Positions 29,024 to 38,563 of a DNA stretch of 64,000 nucleotides are shown piece after piece; the first letter of the stretch is position 1; every line of letters begins with the position of its first letter. The position numbers and the translations under genes are program-made. The notes beneath the pieces are model-generated. The model made no database searches, had not been told where the DNA came from, and worked only from the letters and a program-made list of their open reading frames with translations. Where the stretch lies: contig CAJIZT010000008.1 in assembly GCA_905182015.1 (NCBI GenBank), positions 57,801 to 121,800 on the forward strand, read 5' to 3'. This DNA comes from an alpha proteobacterium MED-G09. Its GTDB lineage: Bacteria; Pseudomonadota; Alphaproteobacteria; MED-G09.

Positions 29024-29850
29024 CCAAAACAATAGTTTACCAAGGTGAGCCTGGAGCAAATTCACATATAGCATGCAAACTTTTCGATCCAGACTTAGAG
29101 CCAATTGCTTGTTCAACATTTGACCAAGCCTTCAACGAGGTGATAAGCGGTAATCATGATTTAGGTATGATTCCTATAGAAAATTCTATTGCGGGGCGCG
29201 TTGCAGATATTCATAGACTCATGCCAACTTCAGGACTTAAAATAATTGGTGAATTTTTTTTAGAAATTCAGCATACATTAATGGGAACAAAAGAATCGAA
29301 TCTAGATTCACTTATGACTGTTAGAAGTCATGAAATGGCTCTAAGTCAGTGCAGGGATTCTATTGAAAAGTTAAAATTGGTGCCCTACGTTGCAGCTGAT
29401 ACAGCTGGGTCGGCTAGAGAGGTTTCTGAATTAAATAATAAAACTATCGGAGCCATTGCATCACCCCTAGCTGCTGAAATTTATAACCTAAAAATTTTAA
29501 AAGAAAATATGGAAGATAAAGGATTTAACACAACTCGCTTTTTGATCCTAAGTCGAGACGAGATAAAGCCTAGTATCAACGATAAAAATTCTGTAACTAC
29601 ATTAGTCTTTAAAGTTCGTAACGTACCTTCAGCCCTGTATAAAGCGCTTGGAGGTTTTGCTACAAATGGAGTAAATATGCTTAAGTTAGAAAGTTATCAG
29701 GTCGATGGTAGCTTTTTAGCAACACAATTCTATGTTGATATTAAGGGCCATTGTGATGAGGATTCTGTTAAGAGGGCTTTACACGAATTATCGCATTATT
29801 CTGAAGAAATTAAAATCTTAGGCGTTTATTCAGCATCAAGGGAAAGATAA
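29020..29850 (+). CDS. pheA: Prephenate dehydratase (PDT plus ACT domains).
   Basis: PDT domain (YQGEPGANSH, TRF) and a C-terminal ACT domain. Its start overlaps the kdsB stop (ATGA). Confidence 0.85.
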   Translation: MTKTIVYQGEPGANSHIACKLFDPDLEPIACSTFDQAFNEVISGNHDLGMIPIENSIAGRVADIHRLMPTSGLKIIGEFFLEIQHTLMGTKESNLDSLMTVRSHEMALSQCRDSIEKLKLVPYVAADTAGSAREVSELNNKTIGAIASPLAAEIYNLKILKENMEDKGFNTTRFLILSRDEIKPSINDKNSVTTLVFKVRNVPSALYKALGGFATNGVNMLKLESYQVDGSFLATQFYVDIKGHCDEDSVKRALHELSHYSEEIKILGVYSASRER

Positions 29851-29996
29851 AAAAAGGTGTGTAAGTTGTGTTAATGTATCCTTAAAAACCATATAATACC
29901 TCAAAAAAAATTATATTCATCTATTATTTTTTTTAATTATATGTATATATATATAAAATTAAAAAAATTTATAAAAACCCTTAATGAGGATTAACA

Positions 29997-31208
29997 ATGC
30001 TAGATACAGGAAATACCGCGTGGATTTTAACTTCTACAGCCCTAATTCTTTTTATGACTTTGCCTGGTTTAGCGCTCTTTTATGCAGGATTAGTTAAATC
30101 AAAAAATATTTTGTCTGTGCTCATGCAATGTATAGCAATTGCATGTTTAGCTTCCTTAATCTGGCTCAGCATTGGGTATAGTATGGCATTTTCTGAGGGT
30201 AATCAGTGGGTTGGAGGGCTCCAGAAAGTATTCCTTTCAGGTGTTGAGAGAAACTCGTTGACTGGAGATATTCCAGAAACAGTATTCTTTATGTTTCAGA
30301 TGACTTTTGCTATAATTACTCCCGCACTTATGGTTGGTGCTTATGTAGAGAGGATTAAATTTAGTGCGGTATTGCTGTTTAGTGGTCTTTGGCTAATTGC
30401 TGTTTACGCGCCAGTAACTCATTGGATTTGGGGCGGTGGATGGTTGGCTGAAAAAGGAATACTTGATTATGCCGGAGGTCTTGTAGTTCATTTAACAGCT
30501 GGAATATCGGCTCTTGTTTTGGCAGCCGCATTAGGTCCAAGGAAAGGTTTCCCAGATCAGGTTGATCCCCCACATAATCCTGCTTTAGTTATGATTGGAG
30601 CGTCTATGCTCTGGGTTGGGTGGTTTGGATTCAATGCTGGTAGCGCCCTTGCGGCAAATGAAGATGCTGGAATGGCAATGTTAGTTACACATATTTCGGC
30701 GGCAACTGCTTCATTAGTTTGGATGGCTATTGATTGGATAAAATTTGGTAAGCCAACACTTATAGGGCTGGTGACAGGTACAATTGCCGGACTTGCATCA
30801 ATTACTCCAGCATCAGGATTTGTCGGCCCGATTGGAGGTCTTGTTATTGGATTCTCAGCAGGCATAGTTTGTTATATCCTAGTTTCTTTTGTTAAAAGTA
30901 GTCTTAGGGTTGATGATTCATTAGACGTTTTTGCTGTTCACGGAGCTGGAGGGGTTCTTGGAATTATTCTTGTCTCTTTTCTTGCGGACACAAGGTTCGG
31001 AGGAGTTGGTTATGCCGAGGGTATGGACTCTATAAGTCAATTAGGTGTTCAAGGATTGGGTATTGCAGCTGTATTGACTTGGTCAGTCATAGCATCATTA
31101 ATAATAATTTTAATTGTTAAGGCCGTCACAGGCCTTAGAGTAGATCCTAGCTTTGAAGAAGAAGGTCTCGATATATCTTCTCATGGCGAGACAAATTATC
31201 GGCAATAA
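29997..31208 (+). CDS. amt: Ammonium transporter.
   Basis: 11-TM Amt/MEP signature with DYAGGLVVHLTAG and GAVAERIKF-like motifs. The product is 403 aa. Confidence 0.9.
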   Translation: MLDTGNTAWILTSTALILFMTLPGLALFYAGLVKSKNILSVLMQCIAIACLASLIWLSIGYSMAFSEGNQWVGGLQKVFLSGVERNSLTGDIPETVFFMFQMTFAIITPALMVGAYVERIKFSAVLLFSGLWLIAVYAPVTHWIWGGGWLAEKGILDYAGGLVVHLTAGISALVLAAALGPRKGFPDQVDPPHNPALVMIGASMLWVGWFGFNAGSALAANEDAGMAMLVTHISAATASLVWMAIDWIKFGKPTLIGLVTGTIAGLASITPASGFVGPIGGLVIGFSAGIVCYILVSFVKSSLRVDDSLDVFAVHGAGGVLGIILVSFLADTRFGGVGYAEGMDSISQLGVQGLGIAAVLTWSVIASLIIILIVKAVTGLRVDPSFEEEGLDISSHGETNYRQ

Positions 31209-31269
31209 AATATTTACTTATTTTAATCTATTACTATAGTATATTCCTATTGGCCAGTAAGGGGATATT

Positions 31270-32703
31270 ATGGGAAAAATCGACATACATAGTCTAGCGA
31301 TTGATGGAAAAGATCAAAAAAATCTAAGAGGCGATCCGATAACAAATGATCGCTACTTTTCTAAAGATTTTATGACAAAAGAATGGGACAATATGTGGAC
31401 TAAGGTCTGGCTAATAGCTGGCAGAGAAGTTCAAATTAAAGAGCCCGGTGACTATATTGTTCATGACCTTATAACAGAATCTGTAATTATTGTTAGACAA
31501 GACGATGGATCAATAAAAGGCTTCTATAATAGCTGTGCCCACAGAGGTCAGAGACTTGTTAATTTTGATAGCTCACAAGATTCTTTTAGATGTCCCTATC
31601 ATGATTGGCAATTTGGATTAAACGGAGATGTAATTGGCTGCCCAGATCCCGATGACTTTCCTGAAGGAAGTCCAATCGGAAAAAGAAAATTAGTAGAGGT
31701 TCGGGTAGATAGCTGGGATGGTTTTATTTTTTATACTATGAGTGACGAGGCGCCTGAGCTTTTAGAGTATCTAGATCCTTTGCCTGAAATTTATAAAAAT
31801 CATAATTTTAAAGATCAGATTAGAGCTCAATGGGTAAGAGTAGAGCTAGATGTTAATTGGAAATATTTTTGTGATAATTTTAACGAGTCATACCACACAA
31901 GATTTGTGCACCCTCAAGTTCCTTCAGTAATAGATCAAGATCATTTTACTTCAAGATATGAAATGTTTCCTAAAGGTCATGCAAGAATTGTCCAAATGGG
32001 TCGGCCTTCTTTGCGTGATAGAATTCCTGAAGGTGAAGATCATCCCTTTAAAATGCTTCTGGAGGACTGGGGGATAGATATAACCAAATATCCTGATTAT
32101 GAAACACTTTCTGAGCAAGGGTGGGTAGACCTAAAGGAAGCCAAAAGAAAAAATTATAAAGAAAAAGGTTATCATCATTATGAAAATCTCTCAGATGAAG
32201 AGTTAACTGAAAGTCCTTTTCAATTTATTTTTCCAAATATTGCCATGGGTGTTCAAGCAGACGGCTGCATTCTTTTAAATTGGTTCCCTCATCCGACAGA
32301 TCCTGAAAAATGTTTTTTTGATCTTTGGGACATGGGTTATCCAATCGGTGGTGCAGCGAAAGGAATAGGTAAAACAGGTAGAGAGAACGATCAAGAATTT
32401 ACTTCAACATCAGCAGGTATAGGTAAAAAAGATAGTTACGTTGGGGAATTTGTTAGTCGTACTAAAGTAAATCCAGTTAAACTTCAAGAAGTTGAATTAG
32501 ATTTTCGTGATTATGATGGAGGGAAAGGTGTTGAAGATCTATGGGATCATGTTGTTTATCAAGACTGGCAGCTTACAGATGGTTTAAGGCGCGGCGTTAG
32601 ATCTAGAGGGTATCAAGAACCTTATCTTGCGTCTCAAGAGACAAGAGTAAGATTTTTTCATGAAAAACTTCATGATTATTTAAACGGAAAACCACCGAAA
32701 TAA
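31270..32703 (+). CDS. Rieske non-heme-iron oxygenase alpha subunit (paralog B).
   Basis: FYNSCAHRGQRL...CPYHDWQF, and NFNESYHTRFVH. Confidence 0.85.
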   Translation: MGKIDIHSLAIDGKDQKNLRGDPITNDRYFSKDFMTKEWDNMWTKVWLIAGREVQIKEPGDYIVHDLITESVIIVRQDDGSIKGFYNSCAHRGQRLVNFDSSQDSFRCPYHDWQFGLNGDVIGCPDPDDFPEGSPIGKRKLVEVRVDSWDGFIFYTMSDEAPELLEYLDPLPEIYKNHNFKDQIRAQWVRVELDVNWKYFCDNFNESYHTRFVHPQVPSVIDQDHFTSRYEMFPKGHARIVQMGRPSLRDRIPEGEDHPFKMLLEDWGIDITKYPDYETLSEQGWVDLKEAKRKNYKEKGYHHYENLSDEELTESPFQFIFPNIAMGVQADGCILLNWFPHPTDPEKCFFDLWDMGYPIGGAAKGIGKTGRENDQEFTSTSAGIGKKDSYVGEFVSRTKVNPVKLQEVELDFRDYDGGKGVEDLWDHVVYQDWQLTDGLRRGVRSRGYQEPYLASQETRVRFFHEKLHDYLNGKPPK

Positions 32704-32752
32704 AATTTTTATTCAAAATATAATAAATTCTTAATTTGTAGGAGGGTAAAGA

Positions 32753-33268
32753 ATGACTAAAATAGCAAATATAGATACATTATTAGCTGAGCAGGCAATA
32801 AGGCAAGCTGTAACAGCGTATTCCAGAGGATGTGACCGTTGTGATTTGGATATCTTTAAGTCCGCGTTTCATAATGACGCCGAAGTAAAATATGGAACTT
32901 ACGATGGCCATTATGAAAAATTTTGTGAAGATATTGTAGAAGGAAATTTAACTCTCCAAGATACCTCTCACACAATTATTAATGAGCATTATACTATTGA
33001 TACCGCCTCCAATAAAGCGTCGGGAGAAGTTTATGTTTTAGCATTTTGGGCTGTAGGCGGACATAACTATACATGCTCTGGGCGTTATATCGATAAGTAT
33101 GAATCCAGAAATGACGATTGGAGAATTACATTTCGTCAATACGTCTATGACTGGAGTAGGACTACAGAATATTGCGGAGATGATCCAAACAAGCTATTTG
33201 AGGGGTTAATCTACCGAGGCACACAAAACAAAAATGATCTTTCTTATAAAATATTAAATGAAAAATAA
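32753..33268 (+). CDS. SnoaL_4/NTF2-like protein (partner of paralog B).
   Basis: QAVTAYSRGCDRCDLDIFKSAFHNDA...GRYIDKYESRNDDWRITFRQ. Confidence 0.6.
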   Translation: MTKIANIDTLLAEQAIRQAVTAYSRGCDRCDLDIFKSAFHNDAEVKYGTYDGHYEKFCEDIVEGNLTLQDTSHTIINEHYTIDTASNKASGEVYVLAFWAVGGHNYTCSGRYIDKYESRNDDWRITFRQYVYDWSRTTEYCGDDPNKLFEGLIYRGTQNKNDLSYKILNEK

Positions 33269-33272
33269 GATA

Positions 33273-34532
33273 TTATTTTTTTAAGAATTTAATTGGTAAC
33301 TCTTTCATCTGATGAATATATAAACTTGAATGATGAGGAATCTCGGGTAGCGGTCTAGCAAGCTCTATATTTTTTAATCTTTCAAATAAGTGTATGAATG
33401 CAGTTTTCATCTCTGCTCGCGCAAGCATTGCTCCAACACAATGATGGGGGCCCGATCCAAAAGCTAAATGTTTACCAACATCCTTACGTTCAACATTAAA
33501 CTCTTCAGGATTTGTAAATATTTCTTCATCCCTATTAAATGACGCATACCTTACTAGCAAAACGCTTCCCTTCTTAATACTCTCTCCATCAATCTCAGTG
33601 TCTTCTGTTACAGTTCGAAAAAGGCCCTGAACAGGTGTTTCAAATCTGATAACCTCCTCAACAAAGTTAGGTATAAGGTCTATATCTTCAATGATTTTAT
33701 TCATTTGTTTGGGATGTTTCAATAAAAGCCAAAGTCCGTGCGCTATTGAACTTGTGGTTGTCTCATTGCCTCCGGCTAATAATTGAGCAACCAGCCCTTG
33801 AAGCTCATCATTAGTTAGGTTCTCACCTCCATCAAGCTTAAGGTTTACTAATTCAGATATAATGTCATCTGTTGGATTTTTTCTCTTATCATTGAATATT
33901 TTATCAAAATAATGTTGGGACTCTGCCTCCAGGTGAGCAGCTTTCTTCATTTCTTCTACGTTTGCAACCCCGAACGAAACAATCATTGCATCTGACCATA
34001 ACTTTAGTTTCGGGAGCATTGATCTTGGTACACCCAGCTGGTCGGCAATAATTGTAGATGGAATTGGAACCGCATAATCATTAACAAACTCACACTCGCC
34101 TTTCTCTATAAAGGAATCAATTAAGTCATTCACGACTTTTGAAATATAAGGCTGCATCTCTTTAACTCTACTAGATGTAAACGCTTTGTTTAATAATTTT
34201 CTATATTTACTGTGTAGAGGTGGGTCTGTTCTTTGAAGTGTCTCCACAAAAGACCCCACACCATAATTCTTAATAATCTCCGCATGTGCCTTAATGCCTT
34301 CGTCTTCATAGCTATCGTGCTGGGTAGGTTTATTAGAAAACTTTTTTGTATCAAGAAGAATTTGTCTTCCATCTTTATATTTTGTGATCATATAAAAGCC
34401 TAAATCAGGCATTTTATAGACTGGGCATTCTGCTCGAAGATTCTTATAGCTCTCATATGGGCAACTTTGAATCTTGGGATCCATAAAATTTATATTTTTT
34501 ATTAAAGAGCTCTGCTGATTTTTTTCTTTCAT
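33273..34532 (-). CDS. Cytochrome P450 (paralog 1).
   Basis: Heme-thiolate loop FGSGPHHCVGAMLA, an ExxR motif (EEVIRFETP), and an I-helix AGGNETT. Confidence 0.85.
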   Translation of the reverse strand: MKEKNQQSSLIKNINFMDPKIQSCPYESYKNLRAECPVYKMPDLGFYMITKYKDGRQILLDTKKFSNKPTQHDSYEDEGIKAHAEIIKNYGVGSFVETLQRTDPPLHSKYRKLLNKAFTSSRVKEMQPYISKVVNDLIDSFIEKGECEFVNDYAVPIPSTIIADQLGVPRSMLPKLKLWSDAMIVSFGVANVEEMKKAAHLEAESQHYFDKIFNDKRKNPTDDIISELVNLKLDGGENLTNDELQGLVAQLLAGGNETTTSSIAHGLWLLLKHPKQMNKIIEDIDLIPNFVEEVIRFETPVQGLFRTVTEDTEIDGESIKKGSVLLVRYASFNRDEEIFTNPEEFNVERKDVGKHLAFGSGPHHCVGAMLARAEMKTAFIHLFERLKNIELARPLPEIPHHSSLYIHQMKELPIKFLKK

Positions 34533-34724
34533 TTTTTTTATTCTTTTTAAGTTATCTATTAATTTACTCTAATTAATTGAAATAAAAATTAAATAGAAAA
34601 AATCAATTAATCGGGGTTTCATACTCAAGCATGAGCATAAAAAGTAAAATCCTTATAGAAATTTTATTACTTTCTCCTAGAATATTAAGTCTTAGTATCA
34701 ATAAAATAATGGAGGCCTTGAACT

Positions 34725-37013
34725 ATGCTAGATATCAAAAATATTCTTTTAATTACTAGTGCAATTTTTTTAATTGCCCCAGTTAACACTTTATTCTCTC
34801 AAGAATCACCGATTGAAAACACTTATGGCTTAGAAGAAATAGTTGTTACAGCTCAAAAAAGAGAGGACTCTATTCAGACAGTCCCTATAGCTATAACAGC
34901 AGTCAGCGGAGATATTTTAGATCAACGAGCTGTTGTTAATCTTGAAAGCTTACAAGGTTTAGTCCCGGGTGCCCAGATTGGACAATTCGCAAATACTCCT
35001 CATGGCGCAGTATTTAATATTAGGGGTATGGGAGCTATTGAGCCAGATCCATATGCAGGTAGTGCTGTTTTGGTTACAATCGATGGTGTTCCGCAATATT
35101 TTAATATGACCTCATTAGTTGACCTATTTGACGTTGAACGTGTTGAGGTTTTAAGGGGACCACAAGGAACTCTATTTGGTGCTAATTCCACTGGAGGCGT
35201 TGTAAATATTATAACAAAAGCTCCTTCAGGTGAATATAATGGGAAGGTCCAAGTTACTGCTGGGGATTGGAACAGATTAGATGTCAAGGCTGCTGCAGAT
35301 TTACCAATAAACGAAAAATTATCTCTTAGGCTTTCAGGCTTTCATCACGGACGTGATGGATGGATTATAAATGCTTATGACGGTTCTGACATGGGAAGTG
35401 TTAATGTAAACTCTATCCGTGCAACTTTAAGATATGATGCAGGATCCGGTTTTGAAGCAACATGGCGTAATGAAATTTTAAGATCAAAAAATGGAGGCCC
35501 GTATATAGGTATGGGCGCTTATCCAGGTGAGGCAGAATATACGGCACCGGGAACGATAGGTGCGGGACAGCATGGCGGAGTACAGTATGCCAGTTATTGC
35601 ATGCCTGAAGGTACCCCTTGTAAAGCTCGTGATACATATTATTCTGCCAATAGCTCAGAAAAAGATATGTCAGATATGAATGTAGATTCCTCAACTCTAG
35701 AAATGGTCTGGAATGATACATCATTTGGAACAATCACCTCAATTACAAGTTATAAAAAGTTTGATCTTCATGAGTACACTGATCAAGATGGTACTGTTGT
35801 ATATCATTCTGGAACAGATCGTAGGACTGACGGCGACCAAATGACTCAAGAAATAAGAATTAATTCTGAAGTTTCAGATAACATAGATGTAGTTTACGGT
35901 TTATATCTTAGTGAAGACTCGTATTATCACACACAAAACTTTAATGCTCAATTCGCTTCCCCCGGCTTTAGTCAGCTATCGTCCCAAGATCAAGAAAGAA
36001 GCTCACAAGCATTATTTGCTCATAGCTTTATTGATTTATCAGACAAACTGAGACTCCAGGTTGGTGGTCGATATTCAAAAGAAGAAGCTGATATGAAAGT
36101 TGAAGTAGTAAATTTCATAAGCTTAGATGGTATATCAAGATACTTTGGGGACGATCGTCTGGCTGATTTTGGTATAGACTTTGGTGCATCAGGTAAGGAT
36201 GAGTGGACTGATTGGTCTGCAAAAGCTGGTCTTGACTACCAAATTTCAGAGAACACTTTGGCATACGGACATATATCACGTGGCTTTAAATCTGGAGGCT
36301 TCGTTGGAAGAATTACAGTTCCTGAAGATATTGGTCCATATGATCCAGAAATAGTTGAAACCATCGAAATTGGTGTAAAAAGTGATCTATTGGATAATAA
36401 ATTAAGATTGAATATAAATATTTTTAAAAATGACTATCAAGATCTTCAATTAGCATTAATTTATTTTACAAAAAATGCAGCGGGCTTTGATGTAAATGGT
36501 AATTCAATACTTAATGCTGCCGATGCAACTACTCAAGGTATTGAAGTAGAGTTTTTCGCTGCACCATCTGCTGCCCTTAGAGTTAATGGATCAGTAACTT
36601 ATCTTGACGCAGAGTATGATGATTTTCCATACTTAAATACTGATGGTTCTACCACCAACTTAAGGGGGTATAGATTACAAAATTCTCCAGAAATTACAGC
36701 CAGCTTTGGTTTTGATTATACTTGGAGAATGGGTGATGGAGATATGAGCTTATCTGCATTATATAAATATAATGATGAAAAGTTTAATACCAGTCTATTA
36801 AACACACCTCGATCAACTATTCAGGAAACAGACTTGGTTGATGCTAATCTTATGTGGAGTCCTGACAGTGATGACTGGTCAGTAAATTTTTGGGTTAAAA
36901 ATATTGCTGACGAAAGATATATTTCTAGTGTTTTTGAGGCACCTGGAGTTTTAGCAATCGTAAACTTTTTACCCCCAAGGGAGTTCGGAGTGTCTTTTGA
37001 TTTTAATTGGTAA
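34725..37013 (+). CDS. TonB-dependent outer-membrane receptor (TBDR-1).
   Basis: Signal peptide; plug domain with EEIVVTAQKRE and VLRGPQGTLFG; a long beta-barrel ending in an aromatic residue (FDFNW). Confidence 0.85.
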   Translation: MLDIKNILLITSAIFLIAPVNTLFSQESPIENTYGLEEIVVTAQKREDSIQTVPIAITAVSGDILDQRAVVNLESLQGLVPGAQIGQFANTPHGAVFNIRGMGAIEPDPYAGSAVLVTIDGVPQYFNMTSLVDLFDVERVEVLRGPQGTLFGANSTGGVVNIITKAPSGEYNGKVQVTAGDWNRLDVKAAADLPINEKLSLRLSGFHHGRDGWIINAYDGSDMGSVNVNSIRATLRYDAGSGFEATWRNEILRSKNGGPYIGMGAYPGEAEYTAPGTIGAGQHGGVQYASYCMPEGTPCKARDTYYSANSSEKDMSDMNVDSSTLEMVWNDTSFGTITSITSYKKFDLHEYTDQDGTVVYHSGTDRRTDGDQMTQEIRINSEVSDNIDVVYGLYLSEDSYYHTQNFNAQFASPGFSQLSSQDQERSSQALFAHSFIDLSDKLRLQVGGRYSKEEADMKVEVVNFISLDGISRYFGDDRLADFGIDFGASGKDEWTDWSAKAGLDYQISENTLAYGHISRGFKSGGFVGRITVPEDIGPYDPEIVETIEIGVKSDLLDNKLRLNINIFKNDYQDLQLALIYFTKNAAGFDVNGNSILNAADATTQGIEVEFFAAPSAALRVNGSVTYLDAEYDDFPYLNTDGSTTNLRGYRLQNSPEITASFGFDYTWRMGDGDMSLSALYKYNDEKFNTSLLNTPRSTIQETDLVDANLMWSPDSDDWSVNFWVKNIADERYISSVFEAPGVLAIVNFLPPREFGVSFDFNW

Positions 37014-37039
37014 AAATATATAATATATAAGATAAATCT

Positions 37040-37100
37040 GCCTTTACGTTTTTCATCAAAATATTCTTTAATTAAGAATATTGAAGAAACGTAAGGGCAT
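37040..37100. terminator. Long AT-rich imperfect hairpin between the convergent TBDR-1 and GFA genes; a candidate bidirectional terminator.
   Basis: CCTTTACGTTTTTCATCAAAATATTCTTTA, an 8-nt spacer, then AAGAATATTGAAGAAACGTAAGGG as imperfect inverted arms. T-runs follow on both strands. Confidence 0.35.
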
Positions 37101-37117
37101 TTTTATTTCTTTAAAGC

Positions 37118-37525
37118 CTAAGATATAGGATTCCTTTTAAAGCTTGGAAGATCATCATTTACTGGGTCCCATTTATTTGCAGAGATACTCCAGTAACTTG
37201 ATTCCGCTTTAACCCAAGAGGAATTATCTAGACTGCCAGCCTTTATGAATCTCAGATCAGGCTGCTCTGTTACATAGCTTATAACTGGAGAACCACAATC
37301 TGGACAAAAACCTCTATTTACATTAGTTCCGTCTGTGCCAATAACAGAATATATTTTGAAATCCATACTAATTTCTAAATCCTCAGTTGGAACAAATATA
37401 ATCGTTGCCTTTCCTGACCCTGTTGCTCGCTGACAGTCAGCACAATGACAATGACCCGAAGAAAGAACTCTTTCTCTATTAAATTTATAACGAATTTTAC
37501 CGCATAAACATCCACCTGTTTCCAT
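37118..37525 (-). CDS. GFA (glutathione-dependent formaldehyde-activating / CENP-V-like) family zinc protein.
   Basis: CLCGKIRY, then GHCHCADCQRATGS, then GFCPDCGSPV: the characteristic Cys pattern of PF04828. Confidence 0.7.
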   Translation of the reverse strand: METGGCLCGKIRYKFNRERVLSSGHCHCADCQRATGSGKATIIFVPTEDLEISMDFKIYSVIGTDGTNVNRGFCPDCGSPVISYVTEQPDLRFIKAGSLDNSSWVKAESSYWSISANKWDPVNDDLPSFKRNPIS

Positions 37526-37547
37526 TATTATTCTCCTTCCTTTATTG

Positions 37548-38558
37548 CTATTCCATTTCCTTTATCCATTCATAGATAACAGGCAAAGCTTCTTTATGAC
37601 TCAGACTTCTACTGAGTTCTGGCATCATGACACCTGGATCTGTTGAAGCCATTCTGAACAAAAGAATGGATTCCTCTGGCTTACCAGGATTAATAACGTA
37701 TTCCATATTGCCGCTTCCTCTTCCGGCCGCCACAGGTTTTTTCATAACACCAATCGCCATCCTACCAACCTCTTCTAAGGAAAGATAAAGTCCAGAATTA
37801 CCTGCTGAACCTCCTTTTCTGTGACAGTGAGCACAATTAGAATCTAAATAAGACCTTGCTCTTTCAGGAATTAAAAAGGTTTCATCATTCCAAATAGCTG
37901 GCTTTATCATTTTTTTCTTAGGAACGTCCTTGAGTAACTTATTTTCTTCCCAATAGTCTATTTGATTTTCTTTACCACTTTGATAGAAAAAATCTAAATC
38001 CATATTTCTACCTTTAGGACCGATTGGCATTATTGCTTTATTGAGTTGGTGACAAGACTTACACTGATTAATATTTGGAACTCTATATCGAGCATTCCTT
38101 ACATTTCCATTCTTATCTATCCAATTAGCTTCTATGGTTTTACCAATAAATTTTAATTTTGCATCTGTTTGATTTTCATTCCATACATAAGAAACAGGTG
38201 TCCATCCTTCTTTTTTATGAATCAAAAGTCTTGTCTCAAGCAATTGAAACCCTTTCTTTAAATCCCTATCATCAACTGGGTAAGCGAAAGTCTTGATTAT
38301 TGTTGTTCCAAGAGGAAAATTAAAGATATTTTCGTAGTTATAGGACGCTACCTTATTGTCTGGCATTGAAATAAAACGAAATTTATAGGTATAGTCTGAA
38401 AATAAAGGATTAGCTATATGATAAGGTATCACCCCCTCTTTTGGAATCTGCTCTCTAATATTTTTAAAAAAATTATACTCTGATAAAAATAAAGGCTCTG
38501 CTTTTAGCGAACTTATTAGAAAAAACGTCACAAGGATAATTATAAAATATTTTATCAA
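37548..38558 (-). CDS. Secreted diheme c-type cytochrome (SO_2930-like family).
   Basis: Signal peptide, two CxxCH motifs (CKSCH, CAHCH), and a Met-rich C-terminus (DPGVMMPELS). Confidence 0.65.
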   Translation of the reverse strand: MIKYFIIILVTFFLISSLKAEPLFLSEYNFFKNIREQIPKEGVIPYHIANPLFSDYTYKFRFISMPDNKVASYNYENIFNFPLGTTIIKTFAYPVDDRDLKKGFQLLETRLLIHKKEGWTPVSYVWNENQTDAKLKFIGKTIEANWIDKNGNVRNARYRVPNINQCKSCHQLNKAIMPIGPKGRNMDLDFFYQSGKENQIDYWEENKLLKDVPKKKMIKPAIWNDETFLIPERARSYLDSNCAHCHRKGGSAGNSGLYLSLEEVGRMAIGVMKKPVAAGRGSGNMEYVINPGKPEESILLFRMASTDPGVMMPELSRSLSHKEALPVIYEWIKEME

Positions 38559-38563
38559 ATGAG

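Noticed and set aside
29851-29996. AT-rich region with (TA)n upstream of amt, as a possible NtrC or riboswitch element.
   Set aside because: There is no recognisable NtrC (TGCACC-N5-GGTGCA) or sigma54 (GG-N10-GC) motif and no conserved structured-RNA signature. Simple-sequence composition is the likely explanation.
34533-34724. Imperfect inverted repeat CTATTAATTT...AAATTAAATAG and a TAATTAATT palindrome in the P450-1/TBDR-1 divergent region.
   Set aside because: It is low-complexity AT-rich sequence. The symmetry is imperfect and not distinctive enough to call a binding site without comparative data.
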